Shown in pieces: positions 1-9,630 of a DNA stretch of 64,000 bases (its first letter is position 1; every line of letters starts with the position of its first letter). The stretch is taken from assembly GCA_036351775.1 (NCBI GenBank), contig JAZBPX010000064.1, forward strand, positions 247,241 through 311,240. Direction: 5' to 3'. A program made the position numbers and the translations under genes. The DNA is from Pacificimonas sp. (GTDB taxonomy: Bacteria > Pseudomonadota > Alphaproteobacteria > Sphingomonadales > Sphingomonadaceae). A model generated the notes under the pieces. It did no database searches and was not told the origin of the DNA. It was given only the letters and a program-made list of their open reading frames with translations.

Positions 1-761
<761 letters not shown>

Positions 762-834
762 CGCCACCCTTGTCGGCAATGGCGCGGCTTGCCAATCATC
801 TGGCGGCCGCGCCCATCCTGAAGGAGATTTCGTC

Positions 835-1524
835 ATGCGCCTCGTAACCGCCCTCGCCGCTTCGGCGATCTTCGCCATCCCCGTCGCCGCCTACCAGGTC
901 GCCGGTACAGGCTCAGACGAAGCCGCGGCCACCCAGCTTGCGCCGATGGTGATGACCACCCCGCCCGCCCCCGAGGCCTTCGGAAAGCGCGACACATCCA
1001 CTGTCGAGGCCGGAACCTACACTGTGGATACTGGACATACGACGGTCACCTTCACCGTCGATCACCTCGGCTTCTCTTCCTACACTGGCCAGTTCGGCGA
1101 CCCGACCGGCACGCTGACGCTCGACCCGGCAAACCCCGCCGCCGCGAGCGTCGAGGTCACCTTTCCCATCAGCGGCGTCTCGACGACCAGCGACCAGCTC
1201 GACCAGCACCTGATGAGCGCCGACTTCTTCACGGCCGAAGAGCACCCCAACGCGACCTTCACGTCCACCGACATCGTCGTCGAGGGCCAGAACGCCGCCA
1301 TTCGCGGGGACCTGACCATGAACGGCCAGACCAATTCCGTCGTGCTGCAGACGCAGTTCTACGGTGCCGGTGTCAGCGGCATGTCGAACAAGCTGAACAT
1401 CGGCTTCCGCGCCGTGACGACGATCGATCGCAGCGACTGGGGCATCGACTATGCGATCCCGATGGTCTCTGACGAGGTGCTGCTGGTCATCGACGCCGCC
1501 TTCATCCTCGACGACGAAGGCTGA
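835..1524 (+). CDS. YceI-like (polyisoprenoid-binding) family periplasmic protein
   Basis: ATG 835 is preceded by AAGGAG at 821-826. The N-terminus is signal-like (MRLVTALAASAIFAIPVAA). YceI-type pattern: YTVDTGHTTVTFTVDHLGFSSYTGQF ... DLTMNGQT. Confidence 0.85.
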   Translation: MRLVTALAASAIFAIPVAAYQVAGTGSDEAAATQLAPMVMTTPPAPEAFGKRDTSTVEAGTYTVDTGHTTVTFTVDHLGFSSYTGQFGDPTGTLTLDPANPAAASVEVTFPISGVSTTSDQLDQHLMSADFFTAEEHPNATFTSTDIVVEGQNAAIRGDLTMNGQTNSVVLQTQFYGAGVSGMSNKLNIGFRAVTTIDRSDWGIDYAIPMVSDEVLLVIDAAFILDDEG

Positions 1525-1545
1525 GCCCCAACTCCGCCGCCGCCG

Positions 1546-2094
1546 CTACTCCGCCGCCTGTACCTGCGCCTGCGCGGCGGGGTGCGGCTGCACCATCGCG
1601 GGCGGCGGCGAGGGTTTGAATTCCGTCTCCTCAAGCGCCGCCAGCGCCCGCTCCCGGTCCTCCGCCGTAAACGTCCCCGTCGTCAGGCAGAACTCCACCA
1701 TGTTGCCATTGGGGTCGCGCGTATAGACGGAGTGGCACCAGTTATGGTCGATCTCCAGAACGTCGAGCCCGGCCGCGTTCCACATCGCCCGCTTCTCGTC
1801 CAGCGCCCCCCGGCTGTCGACGTCGAAGCTGAAGTGGTTCGTCCCGTTCGGCAGGTTCGCCGCCTTGTTCAGGTCGAACTCATGGGCTCCTTGCGTGGCG
1901 GTATCGTGCAGTTCCCAGAAGGCGATGAACTTCGTGTCGTCGCCGTCCATCCGGTAAAAGAAATGCTTGCCCCAGCCCCCTTCCGGGATCGGCGCGATTT
2001 CCACCTTCACCAGTTCGAACCCGCACACGCCCTCGTAAAAGTCGTGCGTTGCCTTCATGTCCTTCGCGGCCAGCGCGAGATGGTGATAGCCCAT
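1546..2094 (-). CDS. VOC (glyoxalase/bleomycin-resistance/dioxygenase) family protein
   Basis: The N-terminus MGYHHLALAAKDMKATHDFYEGVCGFELV is a typical VOC beta-alpha-beta module. ATG at 2094; coding-type GC3 bias. Confidence 0.8.
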   Translation of the reverse strand: MGYHHLALAAKDMKATHDFYEGVCGFELVKVEIAPIPEGGWGKHFFYRMDGDDTKFIAFWELHDTATQGAHEFDLNKAANLPNGTNHFSFDVDSRGALDEKRAMWNAAGLDVLEIDHNWCHSVYTRDPNGNMVEFCLTTGTFTAEDRERALAALEETEFKPSPPPAMVQPHPAAQAQVQAAE

Positions 2095-2096
2095 GG

Positions 2097-2741
2097 TCAG
2101 TCCTCCTTCCGCGCCGCGTCGGCCATCGCCATGACGTCGGCGTCATAGTCGCCCGGTGCGGGCACCTCGACGATGCGCTCGTCGACATCGTCATATTCCA
2201 GGCGCAGCGCCCGGCTCATGATCGCATGCATCATATAGGTGCAGGTGATGTATGTCAGTTCGAGGATTTCCTCGTCCGACAGCTCCTCGCGCATCGCATC
2301 GAAGATTTCCTCGGTCACCCGCCCCCGCTGCAGCACCAGCGCATCGGTATAGGCCAGCACCGCGCGTTCGATGGGCGAGAAACAGTCGGCGATCTGCCAG
2401 GCAGGAATGGCCTTGATCTGCTCCTCGGTAAAGCCGACCCCGCGCATCGCCTTGCAATGCTGCGAGAAGACGAACCGAGAGCCGACTGCAAAGCCTGCCC
2501 GCGTCTGCCCCAGCTCGCGCAGCTGCGGGTCGATCTGGCGGTTTTCGGACCGGTAGAAGCCGAACCCGTCCGTCGTGTGCTTGAAGGCGTCGGGAACGAT
2601 ATTGAACACCGTCCACCAGTTGCCCGGCGTACCCGTCGCGGTGCCAGGCTCCTTCACCGGGTCGCGGCCCTCGAACAGCATCTGGAATACGCGCGCGGCA
2701 TATTCGTCGGCAGGCTTTCCGGCTTCTTTCAGTCGCGGCAT
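2097..2741 (-). CDS. carboxymuconolactone decarboxylase (AhpD-like) family protein
   Basis: 214-aa ORF with ATG at 2741, sitting 2 nt upstream of the VOC gene (operon-like). Helical AhpD/CMD-like core: RAGFAVGSRFVFSQHCKAMRGVGFTEEQI. Confidence 0.65.
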   Translation of the reverse strand: MPRLKEAGKPADEYAARVFQMLFEGRDPVKEPGTATGTPGNWWTVFNIVPDAFKHTTDGFGFYRSENRQIDPQLRELGQTRAGFAVGSRFVFSQHCKAMRGVGFTEEQIKAIPAWQIADCFSPIERAVLAYTDALVLQRGRVTEEIFDAMREELSDEEILELTYITCTYMMHAIMSRALRLEYDDVDERIVEVPAPGDYDADVMAMADAARKED

Positions 2742-2848
2742 GGTGGTCTCCCGTGGTGCGTCGAAGCGAGACTATGCAGTGTGCTGCCCGGCGCTACTGT
2801 CGGAAATAGGTGGGCGGACCGGAGGAGCGCTCTAGGTCGTGCTCTATC

Positions 2849-2948
2849 TGTCATCCTGAACTTGTTTCAGGACCCACGCCATTTCGTTGCCGACGGCGGC
2901 CGCGAAGCCGGGGTCACGGCGTGGGTCCTGACGTCCGTCAGGATGACA
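2849..2948. repeat. MITE/REP-like palindromic element, family 1 (GTCAYCCTGAAC..TTTCAGGRYCCA)
   Basis: The left arm tgtcatcctgaacttgtttcaggacccacgcc (2849-2880) is an inverted repeat of the right arm ggcgtgggtcctgacgtccgtcaggatgaca (2918-2948). Each arm contains its own small hairpin. Related copies lie at 55958-56111 and 57411-57888. Confidence 0.85.
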
Positions 2949-3005
2949 GGGTGGGGAATGGGAGCGGGTATTAGCAGGCCGCCCCCTGTCAATGGATGCT
3001 CGCCT

Positions 3006-4010
3006 TCACCCCACAAACTCCACGGCCGCGCCGGTTTCCACCGCGTCGGCCAGTTCACGCGCGTCCCAGTTGGTCAGGCGCACACAGCCATGGCTGGCCG
3101 TCTTCCCGATCAGCGCCGGGTCGGGCGTCCCGTGGATGCCGTAGGTGTCCTTCGACAGATCGATCCACACCCCGCCGACGGGATTGTTCGGCCCCGCCGC
3201 GATCTGCAGCGCCTCGTCGCCGCCCCAGTCATTCGTGTCGGGGTTGAAGGTATAGGTCGCCTCCGGCGCGACCGCGCGCACGGTCATCTCGCCCGACGGG
3301 CTCGGCATCTCGCTGGAGCCCACCGTTGCCGGGTAACGCGCCACCAGCGTGTCCCCGGAATAGGCGCGCAGGGCATTCTCGCTCTTGCTGATGACGATAC
3401 GGTCGACCGTCCGGTCCAGCTTCGCGGGTCCGGCGCGGACCACTAGCACCGGGTCGCCAGCGTTGACGCTCTCCCAGTCGACATCGGGGTTCATCGCGCG
3501 CAGCAGGTCGATGTCCATGTGATAGCGCTCGGCCAGCAGTTCATCGAGGCCCTCATAGCCCAGATGGTCCGCCTCCGCCTGTTCCGCCATGCCGGACGGC
3601 ACAGGCTGGAAGGATTTCGACCGGTCACGTTCCTTGATCTGCACCGCGCGGATGTAGCGGCCGCCATGGGCATCGCGCAGGGCCTTCACGACGGCGGACC
3701 CGGCCTTGCCATCGACGGTCATGCCGTTCGCCCTTTGAAAGGCGCGGATGGCCGCCTCCGTATTGCCGCCGCCGCGCCCGTCGATCACGCCTGGCGAAAA
3801 GCCCGCCCGGTCCAGCATGATCTGGACGGCGAGACCGCGGCGGGTTCGGCCGTCGGCGAACACCTGGTCGGACAGGCTGGTCTGTCCGTCATTTTGGATG
3901 AGCGCCGCTGCCTCGCTGTTCGCATCCTGCGCTGCGGCGGTCGGCGGCATGGCGGCTAGCCCGATGGTGGCGGCGGCGGCGGTCAGGATCGTACTTAGCG
4001 GTCTGGTCAT
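3006..4010 (-). CDS. L,D-transpeptidase (YkuD/ErfK family) with peptidoglycan-binding domain
   Basis: Catalytic motif IHGTPDPALIGKTASHGCVRL near the C-terminus. PG_binding_1-like segment: GVIDGRGGGNTEAAIRAFQRANGMTVDGKAG. Signal-like N-terminus. Confidence 0.9.
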   Translation of the reverse strand: MTRPLSTILTAAAATIGLAAMPPTAAAQDANSEAAALIQNDGQTSLSDQVFADGRTRRGLAVQIMLDRAGFSPGVIDGRGGGNTEAAIRAFQRANGMTVDGKAGSAVVKALRDAHGGRYIRAVQIKERDRSKSFQPVPSGMAEQAEADHLGYEGLDELLAERYHMDIDLLRAMNPDVDWESVNAGDPVLVVRAGPAKLDRTVDRIVISKSENALRAYSGDTLVARYPATVGSSEMPSPSGEMTVRAVAPEATYTFNPDTNDWGGDEALQIAAGPNNPVGGVWIDLSKDTYGIHGTPDPALIGKTASHGCVRLTNWDARELADAVETGAAVEFVG

Positions 4011-4223
4011 AGCGGTTTGGCCCTACTGGTCTGTTTTGAAAGGATCCCTCTCCCAACCCTCCATCGCTGGCCGCCGTTCCACTGGCGGCGCAGGCAGCAC
4101 AGTTCGGCGGGAAACCGGTCGGAAACGCTTCACAAAGCAGCCGGCAAGCGCCATTTGCATCCGCTAACGTGAACCACAGTGCGGCCCCGGCAGGCTGCTG
4201 GACCCGATTTTCTGAAACCGACC

Positions 4224-5156
4224 ATGTCTACGACCGCAACCGCACAAGCGGCTGACCTACCGGCTGGGCTTCCTGCCGACCTGCCATCGCTGGAGCCGAC
4301 CGGCGGCGGCTGGCAGCGCTGGGCGACCATTGCGATGTCGGTCGCGATCCTTGGTATTGTCCTCTGGGAACTCTACCAGTACGGCCCCGGCGTCCTGTCG
4401 GCCAGTCTGCCCACCAGTCCCGGTTTCTACATCGCCATCTTCGCCGCCTACATGACGCAGCCGGTGTTCGACTGGCTGATCTTCCGCCGCCTCTGGAACC
4501 TTCCCGGCGCCGGCATTGTCCCCCTCATCAAGAAGCGCGTCGCAAACGACGTCCTCGTGAATTATTCGGGGGAGGCCTATTTCTACCTGTGGGCGCGGCA
4601 ACGGACGAAGCTGACGTCGGCCCCGTTCGGCACCGTCAAGGACGTCTCGATCATGTCCGCCTTTGCGGGCAACGTCATGACGCTCGCGCTTCTCGCCATC
4701 GCCTGGCCCGTGGCGGAGGGGATCGACCTTGGCATCCCGCGCCAGCCGATCCTTCTCGGCGGGTCCGTGGTCATCATCACCAGCCTCGTCATCCTCGGCT
4801 TCTCGAAGAAGATCTTCTTCCTGCCGTTCGCCCGATTGCGGGAGGTGTTTGGCATCCACATGGTGCGGCTCGTTCTCTCCACCGTTCTGATGGCGGTCGC
4901 CTGGTATTTCGCCATGCCCAGCGTGCCGATCGAATATTGGGTGCTGTTCGGCGCGCTTCGCCTCCTGATCGGCCGCCTGCCTTTCATCCCGTCGAAGGAT
5001 CTGCTGTTCGCCGCCGTCGTCCTCGTGCTGGCCGAAAGCGGCTCGCAGCTTGAAGCGGTGCTGGCGCTCAGCGCCGGGGCGATCATCGCGATCAACCTCG
5101 TCTTCGGCCTCGTCCTGTTTGCCGCCACCCTGTTCAGCCGCCGGGAAGCCGCGTAA
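4224..5156 (+). CDS. polytopic inner-membrane protein of unknown function (possibly UPF0104/lysyl-PG-synthase-TM-like)
   Basis: Several hydrophobic helices are visible in the translation. ATG 4224 (GTG 4179 is also possible). The gene ends 12 nt before the glycosyltransferase gene. Confidence 0.55.
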   Translation: MSTTATAQAADLPAGLPADLPSLEPTGGGWQRWATIAMSVAILGIVLWELYQYGPGVLSASLPTSPGFYIAIFAAYMTQPVFDWLIFRRLWNLPGAGIVPLIKKRVANDVLVNYSGEAYFYLWARQRTKLTSAPFGTVKDVSIMSAFAGNVMTLALLAIAWPVAEGIDLGIPRQPILLGGSVVIITSLVILGFSKKIFFLPFARLREVFGIHMVRLVLSTVLMAVAWYFAMPSVPIEYWVLFGALRLLIGRLPFIPSKDLLFAAVVLVLAESGSQLEAVLALSAGAIIAINLVFGLVLFAATLFSRREAA

Positions 5157-5168
5157 ACGCCTGCGCCC

Positions 5169-6353
5169 ATGCGCATCGCCGACGTTTGCGAGTTCTACGC
5201 GCCGAAGGGCGGCGGGGTGAAGACCTACGTCCACACCCGCTGGAAGGCCGCAGCCGCCGCCGGTGAAGAGGTGTTCGTCATCGCGCCTGCGCCCCATGAC
5301 AAGGTGACCGAAGTCGATGGCGGCGCACTCGTCGAGGTGAAGGCACCCGTTCACTTCGCGGACCCGAAATATCACATGTTCTGGGACGTCAAACCCGTCC
5401 ACGAAGCGCTCGACCGCATCGCGCCTGCGCTCCTGGAGGTGTCCTCGCCCTGGCGCGGGCTGACGGTCGGCATACGCTATCCGCGGCCCATTCCGCGCAC
5501 CATGTTCATGCACGAGGAGCCCATCGAGAAATGGGCCTATGGCCTCTTCGACCGCTTTCTCAGCCATGAGAGGATCGACCGCACGGTGGCGGGCTGGCTG
5601 TGGCGGCGAATGCGCGCGCGCTATGACAAGGCCGACGCGGTCATCTGCGCCTCCGACGCTGTCACCGAGTTCCTCCGCGGCCAGGGCATCGAGCGCATTC
5701 ACACCATCCCCATGGGCGTGGAGGCGGGCGCCTTCTCACCCGCAAACCGCTCGGAACGCATCCGAAACGACCTCCTCGCCCGCATGGACCTTCCCCCCGA
5801 GGCAACCCTCGTCATAGGAGTCGGCCGCCACAACCGGGAGAAGCGCTGGCCAACCGTCATCCGCGCCATCGAACGCATCGGAATCGACCATCCCGTCGGA
5901 CTTCTCATGCTGGGCACCGGACCCGAGACCGCGAAGCTCGAAAAGCTCAGGAACGGCAACCCCCACATCCTGATGCTGGAGCCCGTTCATGACCGCAAAA
6001 AATACGCCCAGCTTCTCGCCAGCGCCGACCTGATGATTTCCGCCGGGATCGAAACCTTCGGCCTTGCCGCCGCCGAAGCCATAGCCAGCGGCCTGCCCAT
6101 CGTCGCCGAGGCCGGCGGCGCGGTATCCACCTTCTGCAAGCCTGCCTTCAGCGCCTTCTACGACCAGGTCGATCCGGAACATGTCGCCTTCGCGCTCGCC
6201 CGCATGCTGAAGCATCTGCCCGCCGCCCGCGCCGCCGCCGCGGCCGCCGCGCCTGAAACCCGCCATCTCGCAGATCATTTCGAGGAAATTTTCGCCCTCT
6301 ATCACCGGCTGGCTGACGAAGGCCCAACGCGCGGGCACGTCCCCTTCCCCTGA
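5169..6353 (+). CDS. glycosyltransferase, GT4/group-1 type
   Basis: N-terminus MRIADVCEFYAPKGGGVKTYV. C-terminal GT-B motif ETFGLAAAEAIASGLPIVA (the E-x7-E region). Confidence 0.85.
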   Translation: MRIADVCEFYAPKGGGVKTYVHTRWKAAAAAGEEVFVIAPAPHDKVTEVDGGALVEVKAPVHFADPKYHMFWDVKPVHEALDRIAPALLEVSSPWRGLTVGIRYPRPIPRTMFMHEEPIEKWAYGLFDRFLSHERIDRTVAGWLWRRMRARYDKADAVICASDAVTEFLRGQGIERIHTIPMGVEAGAFSPANRSERIRNDLLARMDLPPEATLVIGVGRHNREKRWPTVIRAIERIGIDHPVGLLMLGTGPETAKLEKLRNGNPHILMLEPVHDRKKYAQLLASADLMISAGIETFGLAAAEAIASGLPIVAEAGGAVSTFCKPAFSAFYDQVDPEHVAFALARMLKHLPAARAAAAAAAPETRHLADHFEEIFALYHRLADEGPTRGHVPFP

Positions 6354-6409
6354 GACATTTCGCGATTGGTAAGACCTCGCCCGCTAGGTAAGCATGATCT
6401 GAATTCTGC

Positions 6410-7843
6410 ATGCTATTCCGAGGACAAAAATCCATGAACGCCCCCGTCGATCCCGCTGAGTTCCGCACCGATGACGGTTCGACTTACGAGGAGCGCTTCG
6501 CCCGCCTGAAGCATCCGACGTTCGAACAGCTGATGCACCTGCCGAACAGCGGCACGCCGACCCTGTGGGAGAAAATTCAGAACACCCGCCGTTTCCTGTT
6601 CGACACGCTCGGCCTGATGCAGGATCGGCGCGACCAGATGGGCGATGTCTATGTCAACGTGAACATCGGCGGTGTCGGCGTGAACCTGATCGGCGCGGAC
6701 GCCAACGAAATGCTGCTGATGAACCGGGACAAGACCTTTTCCTCCGAACAGGGCTGGATGCCGGTTCTTGAAAAGCTGTTTCCGCACGGCCTGATGCTGC
6801 AGGATTTTGAGCAGCACCGCGCGCACCGGAAGATTCTCTCCGTCGCTTTCAAGCCGAAGCCGATGCAGAACTATTTGGGCCAGTTGCAGGAGGGCATTCG
6901 GCGCGGACTGAAAGAGTGGCCGGAACAGCTGAAGCTTTACCCCGCCGTAAAGCAGCTGACACTCGACCTCGCCGCGCCCTCCTTCCTTGGCATTCCGTGG
7001 GGGCCGGAGGCGGACCGCATTAACACCGCCTTTGTCGATATGGTGCAGGCGTCCGTGACCCCCATTCGCAAGCCGCTGCCCTTCACGCAGATGCGCCGCG
7101 GGGTAAAGGGCCGCGGCTATCTGAACGAGTATTTCGGCCGCGAGATTCCGAAGCGGCGCGGTTCGGATGCCGAGGACATCTTCACGCAGGTCGTGAATGC
7201 GGAGGGTGAGGACGGGCAGCTGCTGACCGATCAGGAAATCATCGACCACATGAACTTCCTAATGATGGCGGCGCACGACACCATCACGTCGTCGTTGTCT
7301 TCAACCGTCTTCTACCTCGGCAAGAACCCGGAATGGCAGGACAAGGTGCGCGACGAGGCACTGTCTATTCGCGCCGAGCATGGCGAGACCATCCCCTATG
7401 CCGCGCTGAACGATTTCGAGATCGCGGAGATGGCGTTCAAGGAAGCCATGCGCCTGCGCCCGCCGGTGCCGTTCATCCCGCGCCGCGCGCTTCGCGATTT
7501 CACCTATCGCAACCACGTTATCCCGGCCGGTTCGCCGGTCAGCATCATCCCTATGATGGTGCACCGCGACCCGGATATCTGGGACGAGCCGGAGGCGTTC
7601 GATCCCTCCCGCTTCACACGGGAAAACGAGAAGCAGCGGCACAAGCACGCCTATGTCCCGTTCGGCGGCGGCGCGCACATGTGCCTCGGCCTGCACTTTG
7701 CCTACATGCAGATGAAGGCGTTCATTTTCGAACTGCTCGCCACGCGCCGGATCGAGTATCCCGAGAGCTATGAGCCGAAATGGCAAATGGTGCCCATTCC
7801 GCGGCCCCGCGATAACCTGCCGACGCGGCTTCCCCGCCTCTGA
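6410..7843 (+). CDS. cytochrome P450
   Basis: Heme-thiolate loop FGGGAHMCLGLHFA, I-helix MMAAHDTITSS, ExxR (EAMRLRPP). Alternative ATG at 6434. Confidence 0.95.
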   Translation: MLFRGQKSMNAPVDPAEFRTDDGSTYEERFARLKHPTFEQLMHLPNSGTPTLWEKIQNTRRFLFDTLGLMQDRRDQMGDVYVNVNIGGVGVNLIGADANEMLLMNRDKTFSSEQGWMPVLEKLFPHGLMLQDFEQHRAHRKILSVAFKPKPMQNYLGQLQEGIRRGLKEWPEQLKLYPAVKQLTLDLAAPSFLGIPWGPEADRINTAFVDMVQASVTPIRKPLPFTQMRRGVKGRGYLNEYFGREIPKRRGSDAEDIFTQVVNAEGEDGQLLTDQEIIDHMNFLMMAAHDTITSSLSSTVFYLGKNPEWQDKVRDEALSIRAEHGETIPYAALNDFEIAEMAFKEAMRLRPPVPFIPRRALRDFTYRNHVIPAGSPVSIIPMMVHRDPDIWDEPEAFDPSRFTRENEKQRHKHAYVPFGGGAHMCLGLHFAYMQMKAFIFELLATRRIEYPESYEPKWQMVPIPRPRDNLPTRLPRL

Positions 7844-7912
7844 GAGCAGCGGCCTGTGTTCGGCAGCCGACGGGGATGACTATCGGCTCGGATTGCGTCA
7901 GAGCGCTCCGCA

Positions 7913-8923
7913 ATGATGAAGAAACTTCTGATCGCACTTGGTGTCGTCGCAGGCGCCCTCCTCATCCTGTTCCTGATCTTCAGGAACCCGGATACCGACG
8001 CTGCCGAAATGCGCGCGAAATATACGAGCGAGGCCAGTCGGTTTATCACCGCCGAACCCGGGCTCGACATTCATGTTCGCGATGAAGGGCCGCGCGGGGC
8101 GCCGGTCCTGCTGCTTGCCCACGGGGCCTCGGCAAGTCTTCATACATGGGAGCCGTGGGTAGAGGAACTGTCGGACGACTACCGCATCGTCAGCTACGAC
8201 CAGCCGGGCCATGGCCTGACCGGGCCGCATCCGCGCCGCTGCTATTCAGACGTCTGCATGGTCGCCGCTGCCCACGCCGTCGCCGAAGCGCTCGACCTTA
8301 ATGAGTTCGTCATCGGCGGCAATTCGATGGGGGGATGGCTGGCCTGGAACTACGCGCTTCGCCACCCCGACCGGGTCGCTGGGATGGTGCTGGTCGATGC
8401 GGCGGGAATCACCGTCGAAGAAGACGATGAAGACGGCCTGCCCATCGGCTTCCGCATCCTGGCGATGCCGGGCGTCAACCAGTTGGCCACGCAGATCACG
8501 CCGCGGTCCATGATCGAGACGTCGCTGCGCCAGACCGTTGTCGACCAGGACCGCGTTTCAGAGGCCGAGATCGACCGCTACTGGGAGTTGCTGCGCTATC
8601 CGGGAAACCGACAGGCGACCCTAGACCGGTTCAGCGCCCCACGCGGCGAAGAAGCAACGGCGGAGCGGATGGCAACCCTGACCATGCCAACGCTGATCCA
8701 GTGGGGCACGGAAGATACGCTGATCCCGGTTGCGGTCGGCGAGGCATTCGACGAGCGCCTGCCGAATAGCGAACTGATCATCTACGAGAATGTCGGCCAT
8801 ATTCCGCAGGAGGAAATGGCGGAGCGGTCGGCCGCCGACGTCCGCGCTTTCCTGCAGCGCGTCTACGCTCCGCCAGAACCCTATCTGCCCCCACCGATCC
8901 CGGAAGCGGAACCCGCCGAGTGA
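7913..8923 (+). CDS. alpha/beta-fold hydrolase with N-terminal membrane anchor
   Basis: Nucleophile elbow GGNSMGGW, HG oxyanion region LLLAHGASAS, C-terminal His region NVGHIPQEE. Confidence 0.85.
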   Translation: MMKKLLIALGVVAGALLILFLIFRNPDTDAAEMRAKYTSEASRFITAEPGLDIHVRDEGPRGAPVLLLAHGASASLHTWEPWVEELSDDYRIVSYDQPGHGLTGPHPRRCYSDVCMVAAAHAVAEALDLNEFVIGGNSMGGWLAWNYALRHPDRVAGMVLVDAAGITVEEDDEDGLPIGFRILAMPGVNQLATQITPRSMIETSLRQTVVDQDRVSEAEIDRYWELLRYPGNRQATLDRFSAPRGEEATAERMATLTMPTLIQWGTEDTLIPVAVGEAFDERLPNSELIIYENVGHIPQEEMAERSAADVRAFLQRVYAPPEPYLPPPIPEAEPAE

Positions 8924-8966
8924 CAGCCGTTACCACGACTGGGGATTAACTGCGCTTCGGCCGTGA

Positions 8967-8985
8967 CCTAGGGTCCGAACCCTAG
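8967..8985. repeat. short CTAG-containing palindrome (cctagggtccgaaccctag)
   Basis: Stem TAGGGT/ACCCTA with loop CCGA. The same 17-mer recurs at 42938-42954. Here its right half supplies the TAG stop of the minus-strand gene 8982..9245. Confidence 0.6.
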
Positions 8986-9245
8986 TTGACGAAGTCGCCG
9001 ATGTCCTGACCGTAAACGCGAAAGCTGGTCATGGTCTGGGTTTCCTTCAGATGCGGTACGCGGTGCAGGCGGTCCTGCACGAAGTCGCTGATCGATTGCA
9101 GGTCGTCGAAGTTGACCTTGATCAGCAGGTCGTATTCGCCCGTGACCGAATACACCTCGCTGACATCCTCCAGCTCGGCAACCTTCTCACCGACCCCCTC
9201 GGCATGGCCGAGGTCGCATTTGGCGAGGATGAACAGGCGGTACAT
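8982..9245 (-). CDS. stand-alone Lrp/AsnC-type ligand-binding (RAM) domain protein, no HTH
   Basis: 87 aa: MYRLFILAKCDLGHAEGVGEKVAELEDVSEVYSVTGEYDLLIKV... matches the AsnC_trans_reg beta-alpha-beta-beta-alpha-beta pattern. Confidence 0.7.
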   Translation of the reverse strand: MYRLFILAKCDLGHAEGVGEKVAELEDVSEVYSVTGEYDLLIKVNFDDLQSISDFVQDRLHRVPHLKETQTMTSFRVYGQDIGDFVN

Positions 9246-9282
9246 CGACGAACTCCCGTGACGGCGTCCCGGTGCGGGAAAA

Positions 9283-9359
9283 TGGTCGGAGAGAGAGGAT
9301 TCGAACCTCCGGCCCCTGCCTCCCGAAGACAGTGCTCTACCAGGCTGAGCTACTCTCCG
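9283..9359 (-). tRNA. tRNA-Pro (anticodon CGG)
   Basis: The reverse complement CGGAGAG TA GCTC AGCCTGGTA GAGC A CTGTC TTCGGGA GGCAG GGGCC GGAGG TTCGAAT CCTCT CTCTCCG A CCA folds as a canonical cloverleaf. CCA is encoded. Confidence 0.95.
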
Positions 9360-9435
9360 ACGCTCTCAGCGAGCGGCGCGTATAGCGGCGGTACCGCGCG
9401 GCGGCAAGCGCAGCGTGAGTGCCGTTTGGCGCGGC

Positions 9436-9630
9436 TCAGTAGTAGCGGAACGGGTCGGCCGCCCTGCCCTTGCCCCGACGTTCGATCTTGCCCTGTTCGA
9501 TGAGTTCGCGGCACAGGGCACCGACCCGGTTGGCGTAGCTCTCATCGCCGGTCAGGTCCTGTGCAAGTTCCCGCGCCGTCAGGCCGGGCGAGGCATGGAC
9601 GCGCTCCGCAAGCCGGGTCTTCAGCGTCAT
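9436..9630 (-). CDS. small winged-helix DNA-binding-like protein
   Basis: 64 aa (GLTARELAQDL...ANRVGALCRELIEQGKIERRGKG). Its ATG overlaps the stop of the upstream reductase gene by 4 nt. Confidence 0.5.
   Translation of the reverse strand: MTLKTRLAERVHASPGLTARELAQDLTGDESYANRVGALCRELIEQGKIERRGKGRAADPFRYY

Noticed and set aside
2049-3446. 465-aa plus-strand ORF spanning the CMD gene, the repeat element and the L,D-transpeptidase
   Set aside because: It runs antisense through two real genes and straight through a palindromic repeat (it translates as VILNLFQDP...). It is not credible as a gene.
4257-5702. 481-aa minus-strand ORF overlapping the membrane-protein and GT4 genes
   Set aside because: This is an antisense shadow ORF typical of high-GC DNA. 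It is Arg/Gly/Asp/His-rich with no motif, while the plus-strand genes have clear TM helices and GT-B motifs.
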